Of a stretch of DNA of 64,000 nucleotides, positions 19,186-28,037 are shown piece after piece; the first letter of the stretch is position 1, and the number at the start of each line of letters is the position of its first letter. Location: the NCBI GenBank assembly GCA_016783455.1, contig JADHWN010000010.1, forward strand, positions 2,913-66,912, in the 5' to 3' direction. A program made the translations under genes and the position numbers. Under the pieces are notes generated by a model that was given only the letters and a program-made list of their open reading frames with translations, was not told where the DNA came from and did not search any database. The DNA comes from Candidatus Bathyarchaeota archaeon (GTDB taxonomy: Archaea; Thermoproteota; Bathyarchaeia; TCS64).

Positions 19186-19758
19186 ATGTCCCACGTTATC
19201 GTTGTGTACGGGCCCATAGGCAGCGGGAAGACCACGACCTGCCTTGAGCTGGCGGAGAGAGCCCGATCAGAGGTCACCGTGGCAGGCATCATCACGAAGC
19301 GGGTATTCGTTGGTGAAGATGTTGTGGGATACGACTGCATCGACGTAAGCTCCTGTGAGGCCTTCCCCCTTGTCCGGCTGGCCGGGGAGATGGACGACCC
19401 GGATTGGCTTCCCCTCTACCTTGAGAAGTTCGTATTCTCCACGTCGGGATTCCAGAGAGCCAACGAAGTTCTCACCACCTCAGTTTCGAGCTTTGGACAG
19501 CCCAACCTCATCTTCGTGGATGAGTTCGGCAGACTGGAGGAGCGGGGTGAGGGGCTACTTAGGGGTGTCGAAGGGGTCATGGAGGGTCTACGGGAGTCCG
19601 ATGTCGCAGTGGTTACTTGCCGGACCAACCTCCTGAGTCATGTGGAAGGGATGGTAATTCGAGCCGGGCATGAGGTCCACGCCTGTCAGCCCGGGGACTC
19701 AGATGAGCTCTGGTCCCACATCGGAGAGGCTCTGGGCGTGGATGAAGAATTAAAATAA
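19186..19758 (+). CDS. small P-loop NTPase (THEP1/DUF2478-like)
   Basis: VVYGPIGSGKTT Walker A, FVDEFG Walker B-like, 190 aa. GGAGG lies about 9 nt upstream. Confidence 0.65.
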   Translation: MSHVIVVYGPIGSGKTTTCLELAERARSEVTVAGIITKRVFVGEDVVGYDCIDVSSCEAFPLVRLAGEMDDPDWLPLYLEKFVFSTSGFQRANEVLTTSVSSFGQPNLIFVDEFGRLEERGEGLLRGVEGVMEGLRESDVAVVTCRTNLLSHVEGMVIRAGHEVHACQPGDSDELWSHIGEALGVDEELK

Positions 19759-19799
19759 TGGGGCGCTCCTGATAGAGACTTGACCACGAGGCATCGTCC

Positions 19800-20582
19800 A
19801 TGAGCGACCCCGAGATATTCGCAAGGCTAAGCGGTCTCCTCAGGGAGGGGAAGCCCGCGGTGCTCGCCACCCTCATCGACAAGGAGGGCTCGGGCCCCCG
19901 GGACGAGGGGGCGAAGATGCTCGTGGACCCCGACGGCGTCCCCTTCGGCACCATCGGCGGAGGGGGGATGGAGAGGCTCCTCGTTCGTGAGGCCCTGGAG
20001 GCGCTGAGGGAGGGGAGGCCGAGGAAGCTGACGTTCGCCCTGGGCGTGGAGGCCGAGGAGGACGCCGTCTCGGTGGACTCAAAATGCGGAGGGGAGGTGA
20101 GGATATTCTTGGACGTGATAAAACCGGATCCCAGGCTCATAGTCGTAGGCTCGGGGCACATAGGCATGCCCGTAGCCGAGTTCGCCCACAGGGTGGGCTT
20201 CGATGTAATCGTCGTGGACGACGCAAAGACCTCGACCAGGGAGAGGTTCCCCCATGCCAAGGAGATCCTCTCCGGCCCCCTCGAGGAGGAGCTGGGAAGG
20301 CTCAAGGTCATGCCCTCCGACTTCGTCGCCATCGTCCACGGCGAGACCAGCGTAGAACTCGATGCCCTGAGGAGCTTCCTGCCCCAGGGACCCGCCTATA
20401 TCGGTCTCCTGGGCAGCAGGAACAAGGAGAGAGAGCACAAGAAGCAGTTAATGGCTGAGGGGTTCCCCAAAGATGCCGTCGAAAGGATAAAGGGGCCCAT
20501 AGGCCTCGAAATCGGAGCCGAGACGCCTGAGGAGATCGCCGTCAGCATCGTCGCCGAGCTCATTAAGGCGAAGCGCGGCTAA
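19800..20582 (+). CDS. xdhC: XdhC/CoxI-family molybdoenzyme maturation protein
   Basis: N-terminal XdhC_CoxI region (PAVLATLIDKEGSGPR..GTIGGG) plus the Rossmann-like C-domain (LIVVGSGHIG). Confidence 0.85.
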   Translation: MSDPEIFARLSGLLREGKPAVLATLIDKEGSGPRDEGAKMLVDPDGVPFGTIGGGGMERLLVREALEALREGRPRKLTFALGVEAEEDAVSVDSKCGGEVRIFLDVIKPDPRLIVVGSGHIGMPVAEFAHRVGFDVIVVDDAKTSTRERFPHAKEILSGPLEEELGRLKVMPSDFVAIVHGETSVELDALRSFLPQGPAYIGLLGSRNKEREHKKQLMAEGFPKDAVERIKGPIGLEIGAETPEEIAVSIVAELIKAKRG

Positions 20583-20661
20583 GACACCTCTTCTCGGGCT
20601 GGGTTCTCTGCATATTAATGCTATAAATGCCTGAATGGACTAGTTTTCAGGTCGATTATAC

Positions 20662-21846
20662 ATGGGCGTCTACGAAGAGCTAGAGGTGAGGAGGGTCATC
20701 AACGCATGCAGCACCGCTACCCACCTGGGTGGTTCCATCCCGGACCCGAGGGTGATGGCGGTCATGGAGGAGGCAGCGAGGCGGTACGTCATCATGACGG
20801 AGCTTCAGGACAAGGCCGGGGAGATCATAGCCAGGGCGACGGGGGCGGAGGCGGCGATGGTCACCGCGGGGGCCACGTCCTCCCTCCAGCTGGGGGCGGC
20901 TGCCTGCCTCCTGAGGGGCTCAGGATTGGAGGAGCACTCCGTCAAGCCCTATGAGAGACTGCAGCCCATCGGCGGACCCTGGAAGGCGATCATCCAACGC
21001 ATCCCGGACGACCTAGGAGCAAGAAGGGAGATCCTCACACAGATGAGCCACAGGAGCCCCTACGAGTTCGCCTACCAGATGGTTGGAGGAGAGGTCGTCC
21101 ACGTTGGCTCTGGGGGAGGCTGCACGGAGGAAGAGCTTGTGGCAGGTATCTCTGAGAGGACAGCTGCGATAGCGTTCAGCGCTCACAGGGAAAGTCGAGG
21201 TGTATCTCTCGAAATGACCATAGAATTGGCTCATGCGCACAACGTCCCCGTAATCGTTGACGCTGCAATGGCTGTCCTCCCGAGGAGAAGGCTGAGCGCG
21301 TACGCCTCCGTGGGCGCCGACCTGGTCGCCATCAGCGGGGGGAAGCAGATCAGGGGGCCCAACGACACAGGCATCCTCTGCGGGACCAGGGAGCTTGTCG
21401 AGATGGCGAAGCTCCAGGCCTCCCCGTTCAACGGCCTGGGAAGGGGCATGAAGGTGGACAGGACCCAGATAGTCGGCCTCCTGAAGGCTCTGGAGGTCTT
21501 CCTTGAGAAGACACCCGAGGAGGAGGAGACTGAGTTCGGCGAGTGGAGGAGGAGGGCCGACTGGATCACGACCGAGATGTGGAGCGTCAACGGCGTCTCA
21601 TCTGCCGAGGTCTCCGCCCTAAAGCCGTGGGAGGTCCGGGCGATGATATCCTTCGACGACAGTATCTCCGCGAGGGATCTGGCGTTCGACCTCCGGAGGG
21701 GGGACCCCAGCATCTGGGTGGAGACCAGCATGAGCGGGGACGCCTCGGTGAACAGGATTGGGATAGCGATTGACTCTCTGGGGAAGGGCGAGGAGAAGGT
21801 GATCGTCTCGACCCTGAAGCAGAAGATCTACGAGAGGCTCAGCTGA
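20662..21846 (+). CDS. SelA-like (COG1921-type) fold-type-I PLP-dependent enzyme
   Basis: ISGGKQIRGPNDTGIL matches the SelA/DgaE PLP-lysine segment (SGDKLLGGPQAG-type). N-terminal RVINA..THLGGS pattern. 394 aa and lacks the SelA tRNA-binding N-domain. Confidence 0.65.
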   Translation: MGVYEELEVRRVINACSTATHLGGSIPDPRVMAVMEEAARRYVIMTELQDKAGEIIARATGAEAAMVTAGATSSLQLGAAACLLRGSGLEEHSVKPYERLQPIGGPWKAIIQRIPDDLGARREILTQMSHRSPYEFAYQMVGGEVVHVGSGGGCTEEELVAGISERTAAIAFSAHRESRGVSLEMTIELAHAHNVPVIVDAAMAVLPRRRLSAYASVGADLVAISGGKQIRGPNDTGILCGTRELVEMAKLQASPFNGLGRGMKVDRTQIVGLLKALEVFLEKTPEEEETEFGEWRRRADWITTEMWSVNGVSSAEVSALKPWEVRAMISFDDSISARDLAFDLRRGDPSIWVETSMSGDASVNRIGIAIDSLGKGEEKVIVSTLKQKIYERLS

Positions 21847-22444
21847 CCTGCCTCTCACTCCAGAGGGCCTTGACCCGCTCGTAGTCCTCGGGAGTGTCCA
21901 GGTCTATCCTGCACCAGATGTCCGACTCGACGTACTTGTGCCGATCTTCGTGGCGGTTCACGACGTCCCTCATTGTCTCCCCCGCCTCAAGCCCTAGGAA
22001 CTCCTCGAACAGGGGTCTTCTGAACAGGACGGGATGCCCTCTTTTCCACTGGTACACTGGGCTGACGATGAGGGTTTCAGGGTCGTCCTCCATCTTATCA
22101 GCCATCCACTCCAGCAGTTCTGTGCTGAAGCCGAATGTGTCGCTGAGCACCATGAAGACGGCATCTACCTCGGGGTCCAGGGTCCTGAGCCCCGCCTGGA
22201 AGCTTGTGGTCATGCCCTCCTCGTAGTCCGGGTTGTGGACCGTCTCCGCTCCGAGGGACTCAGCGATATCCCTGATCTCTTCCGGCCTGTGACCCGTGAC
22301 AACTGTGGTCTCGATGGGCTTGAGAGAGAAGAGGATGTGCTCGATGACCCTCCGGTCGCCGACCTTCAGGAGGAGCTTGTTGGCGCCCATCCGGCTGGAC
22401 ATTCCCGCAGCGAGGACTACGGCTGCCAGCCTCATGTTTGGCAC
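21839..22444 (-). CDS. MobA/MocA-like molybdenum cofactor nucleotidyltransferase
   Basis: AVVLAAGMSSRMGANKLL signature, 201 aa. The 3' end overlaps the convergent SelA-like gene by 8 nt. Confidence 0.8.
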   Translation of the reverse strand: MPNMRLAAVVLAAGMSSRMGANKLLLKVGDRRVIEHILFSLKPIETTVVTGHRPEEIRDIAESLGAETVHNPDYEEGMTTSFQAGLRTLDPEVDAVFMVLSDTFGFSTELLEWMADKMEDDPETLIVSPVYQWKRGHPVLFRRPLFEEFLGLEAGETMRDVVNRHEDRHKYVESDIWCRIDLDTPEDYERVKALWSERQVS

Positions 22445-22912
22445 CTAGCCCTGCATCTTTTTGGCGGCGGACTGCACGGCCTTGATGATGTTGACGTAGC
22501 CGGTGCAGCGGCAGTAGTTCCCCTTGAGGTACTCCCTGATCTCCCCTTCGGAGGGATCCGAGTTCTCCTTGAGGAGGGCCTTCGTGGACATGATAAATCC
22601 GGGGGTGCAGAAGCCACACTGAATGGCTCCCTCCTCGATGTAGGCCTCCTGTACCGGGTCGAGCTTATCGCCGTCTGCGACGCCCTCGATGGTCGTGACA
22701 CTCCTCCCGTCGGCGTCCACGGCTAGCACCATGCAGGCCAGCACGGCCTCTCCGTCGAGGTGGACCGTGCAGGCCCCGCACTCACCGATACCGCATCCGT
22801 ACTTGGTGCCCGTCAGGTATAGCTCGTCCCTGACGAGGTTGAGCAGCAGCTTGTTCGGCTCGACGTCGAACCGCCTCTTGCGTCCGTTTATGGTTATCTC
22901 TATCTCCATCAC
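22445..22912 (-). CDS. xanthine-dehydrogenase-family [2Fe-2S] small subunit
   Basis: CGIGECGACTV and CGFCTPG motifs, 155 aa. Confidence 0.9.
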   Translation of the reverse strand: MMEIEITINGRKRRFDVEPNKLLLNLVRDELYLTGTKYGCGIGECGACTVHLDGEAVLACMVLAVDADGRSVTTIEGVADGDKLDPVQEAYIEEGAIQCGFCTPGFIMSTKALLKENSDPSEGEIREYLKGNYCRCTGYVNIIKAVQSAAKKMQG

Positions 22913-23811
22913 TGGTGCCTCCGTGCCTGCTCCACGGCCCTACCCACTGCGTCCATGGCGAGGGCCTGGGAGGACCTCCTCCTGTACTCGGGCGGGGCCC
23001 TCCTCCAGCGCTTCCTGGGCTCGACGCAGGCGGCGACGAACTCCATCGCCTCCTCCAGAACCTCATCCGTGGGCTCCTTTCCTTTCAGGATCTCCTCGGC
23101 CAACGCCACCTTAATGGGTGCAGGTGAACAAGCCCCCAGGGCAATGCTGCAATGGTCGATCTTACCTCCCTTCAAGGTAAGGACGGCTGCGACGTTGACG
23201 GTGGCGATGTCGAACGTTGTCCACCCCACCTTCTCGAAGGCGGAGCCGGCTCCCTCCGGGGGATAGGGTACCGTGAAACCGGTCAGGAGCTCACCCCTCT
23301 CAAGGCTGACGTCGCTCCTGCCTTGGAAGAACTCGGCGATGGGGTACTCCTTGGCCCCGTCCTTGCCATAGACGTGCACCGTTGCCTCAAGGGCCATGAG
23401 GGCTGTCGCCATGTCGGCGCTGGGGCTGGCGTTGCAGATGTTCCCGCCGATTGTGCCCAGGTTCCTGATCTGGACCGAGCCTATGCTCCCCGCGGCCTCG
23501 CTCAGCATTGGGACCTTCTCCCTTATCTGCGGCGAGAGCTCAACGGCCCTCAGCTTCGCCAGAGCACCGATCTTGATTCCATCAGGCGTCTCCTCGATGC
23601 AGGCCAGCTCGGGGATCTTCTTGATGTTGACGATGTGCTTCGGCTCGGTCTTCCTCTGCTTCATGTGGGGGATGAGGTCGGTGCCCCCGGCCAGAATCTT
23701 CGCGTCCTCCCCGTATTTTTCCAGGAGCGCCACCGCCTCGTCGAGGCTCCCCGGGGCGTGGTACTCGAACTCGATGGGAACGATGTGTGTGTTCACCTTG
23801 TTTATTGTCAT
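22909..23811 (-). CDS. xanthine-dehydrogenase-family FAD-binding medium subunit
   Basis: ILAGGTDLIPHMK in a PCMH-type FAD-binding domain plus the CO-dehydrogenase flavoprotein C-domain. 4-nt overlap with the small subunit gene. Confidence 0.9.
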   Translation of the reverse strand: MTINKVNTHIVPIEFEYHAPGSLDEAVALLEKYGEDAKILAGGTDLIPHMKQRKTEPKHIVNIKKIPELACIEETPDGIKIGALAKLRAVELSPQIREKVPMLSEAAGSIGSVQIRNLGTIGGNICNASPSADMATALMALEATVHVYGKDGAKEYPIAEFFQGRSDVSLERGELLTGFTVPYPPEGAGSAFEKVGWTTFDIATVNVAAVLTLKGGKIDHCSIALGACSPAPIKVALAEEILKGKEPTDEVLEEAMEFVAACVEPRKRWRRAPPEYRRRSSQALAMDAVGRAVEQARRHQ

Positions 23812-23813
23812 CT

Positions 23814-26063
23814 TTAACCCTCCTTCTCCCTCAGCGCCTCAAGTATCCTGATGGGCGTGATGGGCAGCTGGAAGAACCTGACCCCCAGGGCGTTCTGGAT
23901 GGCGTTCGCCACGGTCCCGGCGACCGGGTTCAGCGCCCCCTCCCCGATGCCCTTGGCCCCGAAGGGACCCGTGGGCTCGTAGGTGTCGGCGAAGAAGACC
24001 GTGAGGTCATCCAGGTCCAGCATATCCATCGTCGTGGGAACCTTGTAGTTCGCCACCGACCCACGGTTCACCAGGTCTCCGTCGTCGGGGTCGTAGGGCA
24101 GGTCCTCGAGGACGGTCATGCTCCAGCCCTGGGCGAAACCGCCGTGCACCTGTCCTGCAGCCAGCATGGGGTTGATGACGGTGCCTATGTCGGCTCCTGC
24201 CACCACCCTGAGGAGCTTCACCTTCCCGGTCCAGGTGTCCACCTCGACCTCCACGAAGTAGCCCGTGAAGTGGGGCGGGCAGCTGGGCTGCCTGTAGCTC
24301 TCCACGGCGGCGGCGGTGCCCCAGTTCTTGTGGCGCGCCGTCTCGGCTATCTCCCTGTATGTCACCTCCCTGCCCTCGATGCCCTCGGCGAAGACGACGG
24401 CCTGCTCCCTCTCCTCGTCGTACCTTATCCTGACCGCGTGGGGGTAGGCGTCGAGGATCTTTCCCGCGAAGTCCCTGATCTTCTCCTTCACCTTCATGGC
24501 GACCTTGAGGGCTGCGCCGCCTCCGCTGTAGACGCCCCTTGAGGCGTGGGTGCAGACGTCGTAGACCGTGGTCCCAGTGTCCGCTCTGATTATGTTCACC
24601 ATGTCGGCGGTGACGCAGAGCTCCTCGGCGACGATCTTGATGTGGGCGTCCTGGGTCCCGCAGCCGTGGTCCATGAGGGCGGAGACGTAGTCGAAGGTGC
24701 CGTCCTCGTTCATCTTGAGCATGGCGCCCCCGAAGTCGACGATGCTGCTGGGCACCGGCGCCCCGGCGCTGCTGGTGTGGTAGCCCCTTCCGACTCCCCA
24801 GCCCCTCCTGTACCTGCCCGTCTGCTCCTCTGGGTTGGGCCTGTTGTACCAGTCCACCATCTCGGCGCCCCTGGTGAGGATCTCCTCGACGCCGCAGCTC
24901 TGTATGATGGACTTCACGGATGGGCCCTGACCCCAGAAGATGTCGCCCTCGCCGATGTAGTTATTCAGCCTGAAGTCGAGGGGGTCGACGCCGATCTTGC
25001 CGGCCAGCTCGTCCATCATGGTCTCCACCACCCAGCTGATCTGGGGGTTCCCGTAGCCCCTGAAGGCGCAGCTGGGAACCTTGTTAGTGTAGACAGCCTT
25101 CCCCACGTAATCCTTGTACGGGAGCTTGTAGAGGCTCACCCACCATCCGACCACGCAGCCGAGCAGGGGGTATGCCTGGATCTGGTGGGCCCCGATGTCC
25201 AGGTAGGCCTCCAGGCGTCCCCCGGCTAGTTTGCCGTTCTTGTAGGCGCCGAGCTTCAGCTTGAATATCATTTGGTAAGCGCAGTGGTCCCGGATGTCCT
25301 CCTCCCGGGTGTAGCTTAGCTTCACGGGGCGCCGGCTCTTCAGTGCGAGGCCGACGGCCACGTTCACCACGGGGTTGACGTGGATGCTGGAGCCGAAGCT
25401 CCCTCCGAGGGCCACCTTGTAGACCCTGATCTTCCCCATGGGGATGCCGTAGATGTCGTGCAGCAGTAGCCTAGTGTTGTGGATGGTCTGGGTGGTGCTC
25501 CAGACGCTTATTCCGCCGTCCGCCTCCGGTCGAACCATCACCGACTTGGTCTCAAGCTGGTTGTGGTAGCGGCGGTTCGTGCGGTAAGTCCTCTCGATGA
25601 CGACGTCGGCGTCCTCCAGCGCCTTGGGGTCTCCCTCGGTTATCTCAAGCTGGCAGCCGACGTTGTTCTCAACCTTGAGGAGATCATCCTCGAGGTAGAT
25701 CTCGTCGTGGATGGGCTCGGCCCCGGGCTTCATGGACTCCAAGGCGTCGAAGGAGGCGCCCAGCACCTCGTAGTCGACCTCTATTGCCTCAAGGGCTTTC
25801 TGGGCCTCCTCCTCGGACTCGGCGGCGACGGCCCCAATGGCCTCTCCGACGTAGTGGGGCTTATCCGTGAGCACCTTCCAGTCCTTGTACGTGGCCGAGG
25901 GGATGCTCACCAGCCTGGGGCAGTAGGTCACGTCGGGTACCTCCTCCGGCGTGAGGGTGACCGCCCCCATCGCCTCAGCGCCCGAGACGTCCATGGCCTT
26001 TATGCGGGCATGGGCATGGGGGCTCTTGAGAACCCTGCCGTAGAGCATGTTCGGGAATGACAT
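23814..26063 (-). CDS. xanthine-dehydrogenase/aldehyde-oxidoreductase-family molybdopterin large subunit
   Basis: 749 aa from ATG 26063. ALGGSFGS and FGAKGIGEGAL (catalytic Glu region) motifs. Conserved-looking sequence continues upstream of this ATG without a canonical start (see findings). Confidence 0.9.
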   Translation of the reverse strand: MSFPNMLYGRVLKSPHAHARIKAMDVSGAEAMGAVTLTPEEVPDVTYCPRLVSIPSATYKDWKVLTDKPHYVGEAIGAVAAESEEEAQKALEAIEVDYEVLGASFDALESMKPGAEPIHDEIYLEDDLLKVENNVGCQLEITEGDPKALEDADVVIERTYRTNRRYHNQLETKSVMVRPEADGGISVWSTTQTIHNTRLLLHDIYGIPMGKIRVYKVALGGSFGSSIHVNPVVNVAVGLALKSRRPVKLSYTREEDIRDHCAYQMIFKLKLGAYKNGKLAGGRLEAYLDIGAHQIQAYPLLGCVVGWWVSLYKLPYKDYVGKAVYTNKVPSCAFRGYGNPQISWVVETMMDELAGKIGVDPLDFRLNNYIGEGDIFWGQGPSVKSIIQSCGVEEILTRGAEMVDWYNRPNPEEQTGRYRRGWGVGRGYHTSSAGAPVPSSIVDFGGAMLKMNEDGTFDYVSALMDHGCGTQDAHIKIVAEELCVTADMVNIIRADTGTTVYDVCTHASRGVYSGGGAALKVAMKVKEKIRDFAGKILDAYPHAVRIRYDEEREQAVVFAEGIEGREVTYREIAETARHKNWGTAAAVESYRQPSCPPHFTGYFVEVEVDTWTGKVKLLRVVAGADIGTVINPMLAAGQVHGGFAQGWSMTVLEDLPYDPDDGDLVNRGSVANYKVPTTMDMLDLDDLTVFFADTYEPTGPFGAKGIGEGALNPVAGTVANAIQNALGVRFFQLPITPIRILEALREKEG

Positions 26064-26157
26064 GTCGGAGGCGAAGACCTCCCGCCCCGTGGCCTTCGCC
26101 GCGCCATCCTTCCTGATCGTCTTCTTCCCTAATACCTTGAAATCGTTTCTTTGAGCC

Positions 26158-26236
26158 GTTTCACATCACCTAAATGAAGTTCTCCCCTTAGGGATTCTTC
26201 TCACATCACAAAGTTTCACACGCATTCGTATTTAAG
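26158..26236 (-). promoter_or_regulatory. candidate promoter/operator of the Mo-hydroxylase operon
   Basis: Read on the minus strand: a TATA-like CTTAAATA (26229-26236), then GTGTGAAAC (26212-26220). The 9-mer GTGATGTGA follows twice, exactly 40 bp apart (26201-26209 and 26161-26169). Confidence 0.3.
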
Positions 26237-26318
26237 TTAGGCTTCGAAAGGCGCTCAGCGGCCTCTCAGATCGTGCACGCCTCTCACTGGAGAGATACCT
26301 GACTTCGATGTGGTAGCC

Positions 26319-26723
26319 TCAGTCTCCGATGACCGTGACCTCGACCCTCCGCCTCCTGGGCCTCCTCTCCGCCTCGACCCAGTAGAGACTCTGCCATGTG
26401 CCCAGACCCAGACTGCCTCCGTGGACAGGGATGACTCTGCTGGGGGTGAAGATCATGGATCGGAGGTGGGCGTGGGCGTTCCCAGGATGCTCGTAGCCCT
26501 CCCCGGCTGGGAAGGTCTCCCTCATGAAGGACCGCAGGTCCTCCAGCAGGGCAGGGTCGTACTCGTTGAGGATGATGACCCCCGTCGCGTGGCCAGCGAA
26601 AACCACAGCGATTCCCTCGCTGATGCCTGAGTTCCGCACGGCCTCCTCAACGCGGCCAGTGATATTCACAACATCGAACTCGCCCTTGGTCTCGAACTCG
26701 AAGAACTCTGAGTGGACGCCCAT
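26319..26723 (-). CDS. YjbQ/UPF0047-family protein (secondary thiamine-phosphate synthase type)
   Basis: 134 aa. The DVVNITGRV.., GHATGVIILNE.. and NAHAHLRS pattern is characteristic of UPF0047. Confidence 0.85.
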   Translation of the reverse strand: MGVHSEFFEFETKGEFDVVNITGRVEEAVRNSGISEGIAVVFAGHATGVIILNEYDPALLEDLRSFMRETFPAGEGYEHPGNAHAHLRSMIFTPSRVIPVHGGSLGLGTWQSLYWVEAERRPRRRRVEVTVIGD

Positions 26724-26750
26724 AACGAGTTAGATAATGATCTCGATCCT

Positions 26751-28037
26751 TTATTGGGTTGCAGGGACCGTCTTGCCTGGGTCCATCTCGACTGGGAACT
26801 CACCCCTTAGCTTCTTAGTTGCCGAGGAGACGTGCATGGCCAAGGTCTCAAGAACCCTCTGGTCATGCTCGTTGAAGGCGTCCGAGACCTGGCTCTCCAC
26901 GTTTATCACTGCGATGATATCGTCGTCCAGAGCGACGGGGACCGCCAGCTCCGAGAGGGCTGGTATGGTTCCCTGAATGTAGTCTGAGTTATCAGTCAGG
27001 TCCTTTATGAGAATGGATCGCCTCTCATTTACGACTTTTACGGTTATTCCCTTCCCGTCGAGGGGGATGGGGCGCTTGAGTGAGTTCACCCCTCGGCTGC
27101 TCCTAGAGATGAGGTGGACACCAGTATTCTCCAGATATGAGATGTACTCGAAGCCCAGGGACTCCAGCACGTCCATGGTCCACTCCCGGACCTCCTCCTC
27201 GGATGAAAGATCATCTAACCCCGTGGCATGCCTATGAAGGGCCAACAGCCTTTCTTCGTACCGGACCCTCTCGCTGATATTATCAAACGTCACGGCGAGG
27301 CGATCCCCGGGTATTCTGAAGGACCTAATGGAGAAGTAGCCCTCCACCCTCTCGTCCTTCCAGAAGATCTTGTCGAAGAACATGGTCTCGCCCGTCTTGA
27401 TGATCTCGATATATCTCCTCTTCAGCCCGACCTCTTCGTCGTAAGGCCAGATCTCACTGAAGTCCTTCCCTCGCCAGACGTCGATATCTAGCTCCGCCAA
27501 CCTCACTGCAGCAGGGTTGCCGTCCACGAGGATCAACCGATCCGGCTCTTTGAACTGGTAGATCAGGAGCCCTGAGGGGATCGCCTCAACGATACTGGCA
27601 GAGGTCAGGAGGGACTCCCTCAGCTGGGCCTCCGCCCAGTGCTTCTCGACGACCGACCTTATCCTCCTGAAGAGCACCTGGTAGTGGCTCGGGACAGCCT
27701 CCTTCCTTATGTAGTCGTCGACGCCTGCGGCGAAGGCAGCCTCAGCGACCTCCTCGCTTCCCTGCCCCGTGTAAAGGATGAAGGGCAGGTCGCTGATAGC
27801 CCTGACCCTGTGGGCCAACTCGACGCCATTGCACACCGGCATCCTGTAGTCGGAGAGGATGCAGTCTATGTCACCACGTTCTATGTGGTCGAAGACGTCG
27901 TCAATGCGGTCGGTGGCCTCGATCTCCGTCCTTGGGTCGTAGGTCTCCCCGAAGATCCTCAGCATGGTCTGGTGACTGGGATCGTCGTCGACGTGGAGTA
28001 CGCGTATCCTCGCGCCTGGATCAAAGCCCCCGCTCAT
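26751..28037 (-). CDS. response-regulator receiver / PAS / GAF protein
   Basis: Receiver domain (VLHVDDD, DCILSDYRMP, LPFILYTG), a central PAS-like region and a C-terminal GAF-like region. No kinase or DNA-binding output recognised. Confidence 0.75.
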   Translation of the reverse strand: MSGGFDPGARIRVLHVDDDPSHQTMLRIFGETYDPRTEIEATDRIDDVFDHIERGDIDCILSDYRMPVCNGVELAHRVRAISDLPFILYTGQGSEEVAEAAFAAGVDDYIRKEAVPSHYQVLFRRIRSVVEKHWAEAQLRESLLTSASIVEAIPSGLLIYQFKEPDRLILVDGNPAAVRLAELDIDVWRGKDFSEIWPYDEEVGLKRRYIEIIKTGETMFFDKIFWKDERVEGYFSIRSFRIPGDRLAVTFDNISERVRYEERLLALHRHATGLDDLSSEEEVREWTMDVLESLGFEYISYLENTGVHLISRSSRGVNSLKRPIPLDGKGITVKVVNERRSILIKDLTDNSDYIQGTIPALSELAVPVALDDDIIAVINVESQVSDAFNEHDQRVLETLAMHVSSATKKLRGEFPVEMDPGKTVPATQ

